From Mobula hypostoma (Eukaryota), in the NCBI RefSeq assembly GCF_963921235.1, contig NC_086106.1, forward strand, positions 17,174,001 through 17,238,000: a stretch of DNA of 64,000 bases, given 5' to 3'. Of this stretch, positions 59,562-64,000 are shown piece after piece; within the stretch, counting starts at the first letter, position 1, and each line of letters starts with the position of its first letter. Below the pieces are notes generated by a model. It was not told where the DNA came from, ran no database searches, and saw only the letters and a list, made by a program, of their open reading frames with translations. A program made the position numbers and the translations under genes.

Positions 59562-60752
59562 TCAGCAGGCTAGGTCCCCAGGTGGAGTCCCCACCCCCAG
59601 GCTGGCGGAGGGAGGCTCTCTGTCTGCCGGCTGCTTCGCCCCCTGGTGGACCCTCCTGTGCTTTAGGAGGTTGGTGGAGTGGGTGAAGCTCTTGCCACAC
59701 TGAGGGCAGGTGAATGGCCGCTCGCCGGTGTGGACGGTGCGGTGGGCCAGGAGGCTGGAGGAGTGGGTGAAGCTCTTGCCACACTGAGGGCAGGTGAAGG
59801 GCCGCTCGCCGGTGTGGACGGTGCGGTGGGCCAGCAGGCTGGAGGAGCGGTTGAAGCCCTTGCCGCAGACGGGGCAGGCGAAGGGCTTCTCCCCGGTGTG
59901 GATGCGCTGGTGGAGCAGGAGGCTGGAGGAGTGGGTGAAGCCCTTGCCGCAGACGGGGCAGACGAAGGGCCGCTCGCCGGTGTGGACCCGCTGGTGCTGC
60001 AGGAGGTTGCAGGACTGGGTGAAGCCCTTGCCGCAGACGGGGCAGGTGAAGGGCCGCTCGCCGGTGTGGATCCTCCTGTGCTCCATCAGGTGGGAGGACT
60101 GGGCGAAGCCCTTGCCGCACTCGGGGCAGGTGAAGGGCCGCTCGCCGGTGTGGACGGTGCGGTGGGCCAGCAGGCTGGAGGAGCGGGTGAAGCCCTTCCC
60201 ACATTCGGAGCAGGTGAAGGGCTTCTCCTTGCTATGCACGGCCTGGTGCTCCAGCAGGCTGGAGGAGCGGGCGAAGGCCTTGCCGCAGACGGGGCAGGAG
60301 AAGGGCCGCTCCCCCGTGTGGGTGCGCCGGTGCTGCAGGAGGCCAGAGGACTGGACAAAACACTTCCCACATTCAGGGCAGACAAAGGGGCGTTCTCCGG
60401 TGTGGGTGCGCTGATGCTCCAGCAGGTTGTTGGACTGGGTGAAGCCCTTCCCACAGACGGGGCAGACGAAGGGCTTCTCCCCAGTGTGGACCCGCTGGTG
60501 GGCCTCCAGCAGGCAAGGGTAGAGCCAGGCCTTGCCGCATACGTTACACTCGTACCACCGCTCCTCCTTGGTGTGTACAGTCATGTGATCCTCAGCCTCG
60601 GCTGAACGGTGGAAGCCCAGCCCGCACACAGAACAGAGGTGGAGGTCTCCGGTCAGGCTGCTCCCACCCTCCATGGGTGAGAGGCCAAGGGTGTGCGAGT
60701 CCTGGTGAATCAGGTGAGTCCTTCCGACAGCAACAGCAGGCTTCCTGCCCAT
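59562..60752 (-). CDS. C2H2 zinc-finger protein, 12 fingers, 396 aa, no KRAB
   Basis: ORF with tandem HTGE(R/K)PF.C..CGK.F; splice acceptor near 60771 just upstream of the ATG. Confidence 0.92.
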   Translation of the reverse strand: MGRKPAVAVGRTHLIHQDSHTLGLSPMEGGSSLTGDLHLCSVCGLGFHRSAEAEDHMTVHTKEERWYECNVCGKAWLYPCLLEAHQRVHTGEKPFVCPVCGKGFTQSNNLLEHQRTHTGERPFVCPECGKCFVQSSGLLQHRRTHTGERPFSCPVCGKAFARSSSLLEHQAVHSKEKPFTCSECGKGFTRSSSLLAHRTVHTGERPFTCPECGKGFAQSSHLMEHRRIHTGERPFTCPVCGKGFTQSCNLLQHQRVHTGERPFVCPVCGKGFTHSSSLLLHQRIHTGEKPFACPVCGKGFNRSSSLLAHRTVHTGERPFTCPQCGKSFTHSSSLLAHRTVHTGERPFTCPQCGKSFTHSTNLLKHRRVHQGAKQPADREPPSASLGVGTPPGDLAC

Positions 60753-60821
60753 CTACGCTCCACGTCCAAGCCCTGAGGAGGGAATATAGTAGGTGTGAGA
60801 GGGAGCAGATCTTTCCCCTCC

Positions 60822-61796
60822 CAGACATCCCACCTCTCCTGGAAATTCCGGGAGTCTCCTGCATATTGATAGCAGCTCCCTGACGCCCACAAATCATATA
60901 CAATATCCTGGAAATCAATTTTTCTGAAAATGAGTGGGGGGGGAGAGAGAGAGATCTTTGTGCTAAGTAGACCTATCAGTTTTCTCTGTGGGCGGGCTTT
61001 ACAGTCGACCTCTCTCTCTCTGTCGTTGTCCATCAGTTCAGTTTAGTGTCCTCCAGCGCCATGGCAAAGTGTTCCAAAAATAGAAAATATAAAACGTATG
61101 TCACCACAGACTACACTAAAGTGTACCCCTGCCTAATAGGGGTCAAAAATAATGACAGTGTTGCTCACTGCACTGTTTGCAACAGTGACTTCTCTATTGC
61201 CCATGGTGGGTTAAATGACAGTAAAAGATATGTTGAGGTGAGTTTAACAGGTGTTGTTCGTTCATTAGCATAGCAAACGTTATTTAAACTAGCGGGCTAG
61301 CTGCTAAGGAACTACTCTATTGATGTCCTACATCATGAGGCCAAACTTCCTGTAGACTTGCTTAAAGTTGTAATAAAATAAAAAAAAACAACTCCATGAT
61401 AATATTATATAATTGTGAATCCGATGCCTTACAAAATTAAAAAAATCATTGACAACTGCTATGAGGTTGAGACTTCCGGCAAAATGCTCAAATCTGCCAA
61501 GCAAGCCACATCACAGTACAAGGAAAGGTTGCAAAAGAAATAGAAAAGCTCTTTGCATTAGCATTTCGCTATTACCATTGAGCCTGCCAACAAAATACTC
61601 AACAAAGAGTATACATATATATATGTGTGTGTGTGTGTGTGTAAATAGTTTGAATATGTGATCAAATAAATTGTTGTGTTCTTTCATAATCAAATGTCCA
61701 GTATACACTCACCCTTGGAGGGGGGATACGGGGTTGCACGGGGCGGGGGTGGTGGTGCTATCTCCCTGAAACGAGATTTGCAGGGTAGGATGTCTG
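60822..61796 (+). mobile_element. Internally deleted hAT-like DNA transposon
   Basis: TIR CAGACATCCCACC / GGTAGGATGTCTG; CCCTCC on both flanks; BED-like AHCTVCNSDFSIAHGGLND followed by donor GAG/GTGAGT. Confidence 0.7.
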
Positions 61797-62049
61797 CCCT
61801 CCCCCAAGGCCCACGCCACTTACAGCTGCAAACCGGGAGGGAAATGGCCTTAATACCACTTGGAATGGGTGGAGACGCCGCGCTAGGTAGAGCCCCTGCC
61901 TCCGGCCTCCGGCCTCCGGAGACCCAGGTTCGATCAGCTGAGAGAGGCACTGAACTTGGTCCATTCCGCCCCAAAGGATGCTGGGATTGTTGCCCACAAT
62001 TCCTTGCGGTCGGGAAACCAGCCCATCAAGGCTACAGTTGCAGCGGGTT

Positions 62050-62510
62050 CCGCTCCCGCAACTCAGCCGAGGCCTCGCCTGCTGTCAGCAGATGCCCCGT
62101 CAATGCACCACCGACGTGGCTCGCCCCGTTAGACAGCGCGTCCGTGTATCGCGCCCCGCTGCAGGGCCACCCCCGCGCCTGCGCACTGCGCCTCCCAGCC
62201 GCACAGACTCCTCCCCTTCCCCCCCACGGGATCTTCCCGTGCATTAGCTGGGGAAGGCGGTCGATGTGCCCGCCGGCCCCGGGAATCGGGGAGCTGCAAG
62301 CTCGAGTCGGGGTGAGAGGGGAGAGGGGAGAGGGGAGAGGGAGCACCCACCTGCCCGTCCGGCGGCCCAGCACCGCCCGCTCACGTGATGCACTGACGTC
62401 ACCGCCCACCGCATGACGCGACGCCGCGACGTCATGATTGACGGGCACGGAGGACGCATGTCCCGCCTCCCTCCCCGAACGGGACCCTTGAGCGGGTGGC
62501 CGATCGCATA
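62050..62510 (-). promoter_or_regulatory. CpG-island promoter / first exon of the ZNF at 59562-60752
   Basis: CRE TGACGTCA 62394; E-box CACGTG; donor CAG/gtgggt near 62350. Confidence 0.6.
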
Positions 62511-62679
62511 GTTTTATTACTTAATCGGTAGACGTTTTATCTCGAAGATCGTGTTACCTTATAGGTACAGAATCAGGTTTAATATCTCTGGCATACGTCG
62601 TGAAGTTTGTCGTCTCGCGACACCAGTACAATGCAATGCATGATTTAAAACACTATAAATTGCCATAAGATGTTTGCAT

Positions 62680-63093
62680 ATACTGCTGGTGGCTGGTAAA
62701 AAGACCATTACCGGGAAATGGTTATCACAGGAGAGCCCAACTTTAAATGTATGGATGGAAATTACAATGGACATTCCCAAAATGGAGAAGATAACAGCAT
62801 CTGTTGGAACAATTTGATTCATACTGGGAAAAATGGTTTAACTACATAACACCTCAGGCCTGATTTTATTCTCACAAGTCAATGAATATGTTGTAAAAAA
62901 CATCACTCCCTACTCTGTACATAGTTTTCTTCGTTTGATTGTTCTTTCTTTCCTCTCCTTTCTATAAGTGTATACCTCAGATAAATATTATGTGGAGATT
63001 TGTGACAAATATGGTTATATGTACAGTATCTGAAATACATCCTATGGAAATGTTGTTTGATGAACATCAGTAAAAAATAAATTACAAAAAAAA
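62680..63093 (+). mobile_element. L1/Tx1-like LINE 3' end with A-rich tail
   Basis: AGKKTITGKW...PTLNVW....MEK ORF2 C-terminal pattern; AATAAA then A-run. Confidence 0.65.
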
Positions 63094-63539
63094 GATATTT
63101 AGAATTAAATAGATAATACACAACCAGTAAAAAAATAAGAAAAAATATTATGACCCGATGAACGGTCTTGGCCCGAAACATCGTCTATTTACTCTTTTCC
63201 ACAGACGCTGCCTGGCCTGCTGAGTTCCTCCAGCATTGTGTCTGTGTTGCTTTGGATTTCCAGCATCTGCAAGTTTTCTCCTGTTTAAGAAAAAAAAATG
63301 GTTAGGTCCATTCAGAAGAGCGATGGCAGAGGGGAAGAAGCTGTTCCTAAACTGTGGACCGTGTGCCTTCAGGCTCCTGTACCTCCTCCTGGACAGTAGC
63401 AATAAGAAGCGGGGATGTCCTGAGTGATGGGGGGGGGGTGCTGAATAATGAAAACTGCCTTTTTGTGACATTGCCTTTCATCCATCTACTACCTATTTAT
63501 TTATCCATGTATCTATTTATTTATTTAGTGATTCAGTGC

Positions 63540-63745
63540 GAAGTAGACCCTTTCTGCCCTTCGACCCCCACTGTTCCAGCAACCCCACAACCGGGATTAA
63601 CCCTAACCCAATCATGGGATTAATTTCAAATGACCGCTGCTTGTTTCGACTGTGGGGAGGAAACCGGAGCACCAACATTCCACGGGGAGAAGGCACAGAG
63701 ACTCCCGATGGGACGGCACCAGAACCAAACCCCGAACTCTGGAGC
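63540..63745 (-). mobile_element. V-SINE remnant
   Basis: TGTGGGGAGGAAACCGGAGCACC reverse V-domain. Confidence 0.65.
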
Positions 63746-64000
63746 TGAAACATCAAAGTCCAAAGTAAACTTATTATCAAAGTGCATATGTGTCAACACA
63801 GGCAACCCCAAGATCCGTTTCCTGTGGGTATAAACACAATCAAATGGATGAAAGGCCACACCCAACACGACGGACAAACAACCAGAGAGGGCAAATGATA
63901 ACAAGCTGTGCAAATGCAAACAGAAATAATAATAATAAATAAATAAATGAAGAAGAAGAAAGCTCTTATCTCCGAGTGGAGTCATCGGGACACGGTCATT

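Noticed and set aside
61880-61940. tRNA-like A/B boxes (GGTAGAGC...GGTTCGATC)
   Set aside because: No cloverleaf; best explained as a SINE head remnant. The other B boxes in the window are also in SINEs.

Overview
Eukaryotic, GC-rich, repeat-dense vertebrate DNA. The mix of repeats (V-SINEs, CR1, Rex1/Babar, Penelope-like elements, 52- and 68-bp minisatellites) suggests a cartilaginous fish, probably a ray; this is inference. The left 17 kb holds a minus-strand RBM23-like (RBM39/CAPER-family) splicing-factor gene that I reconstructed from splice signals: 11 coding exons, about 456 aa, RS domain plus two RRMs, no UHM. Its introns carry large minisatellites. Three KRAB-less C2H2 zinc-finger genes follow (minus strand; 8, 8+1 and 12 fingers), embedded in decayed LINEs, SINEs, solo LTRs and DNA transposons. 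Main observations: (1) a candidate poison exon in the same intron where RBM39 has its autoregulatory poison exon, plus a second candidate; (2) natural substitutions in the aryl-sulfonamide/DCAF15 degron helix of RRM2; (3) six RFX X-boxes overlapping the last coding exon and 3' UTR; (4) an intact Penelope-type minimal hammerhead ribozyme; (5) an orphan cell-cycle-type promoter; (6) several structurally odd transposons. Most long ORFs in the supplied track are repeat or antisense artefacts. Repeat boundaries are approximate unless TSDs are given.
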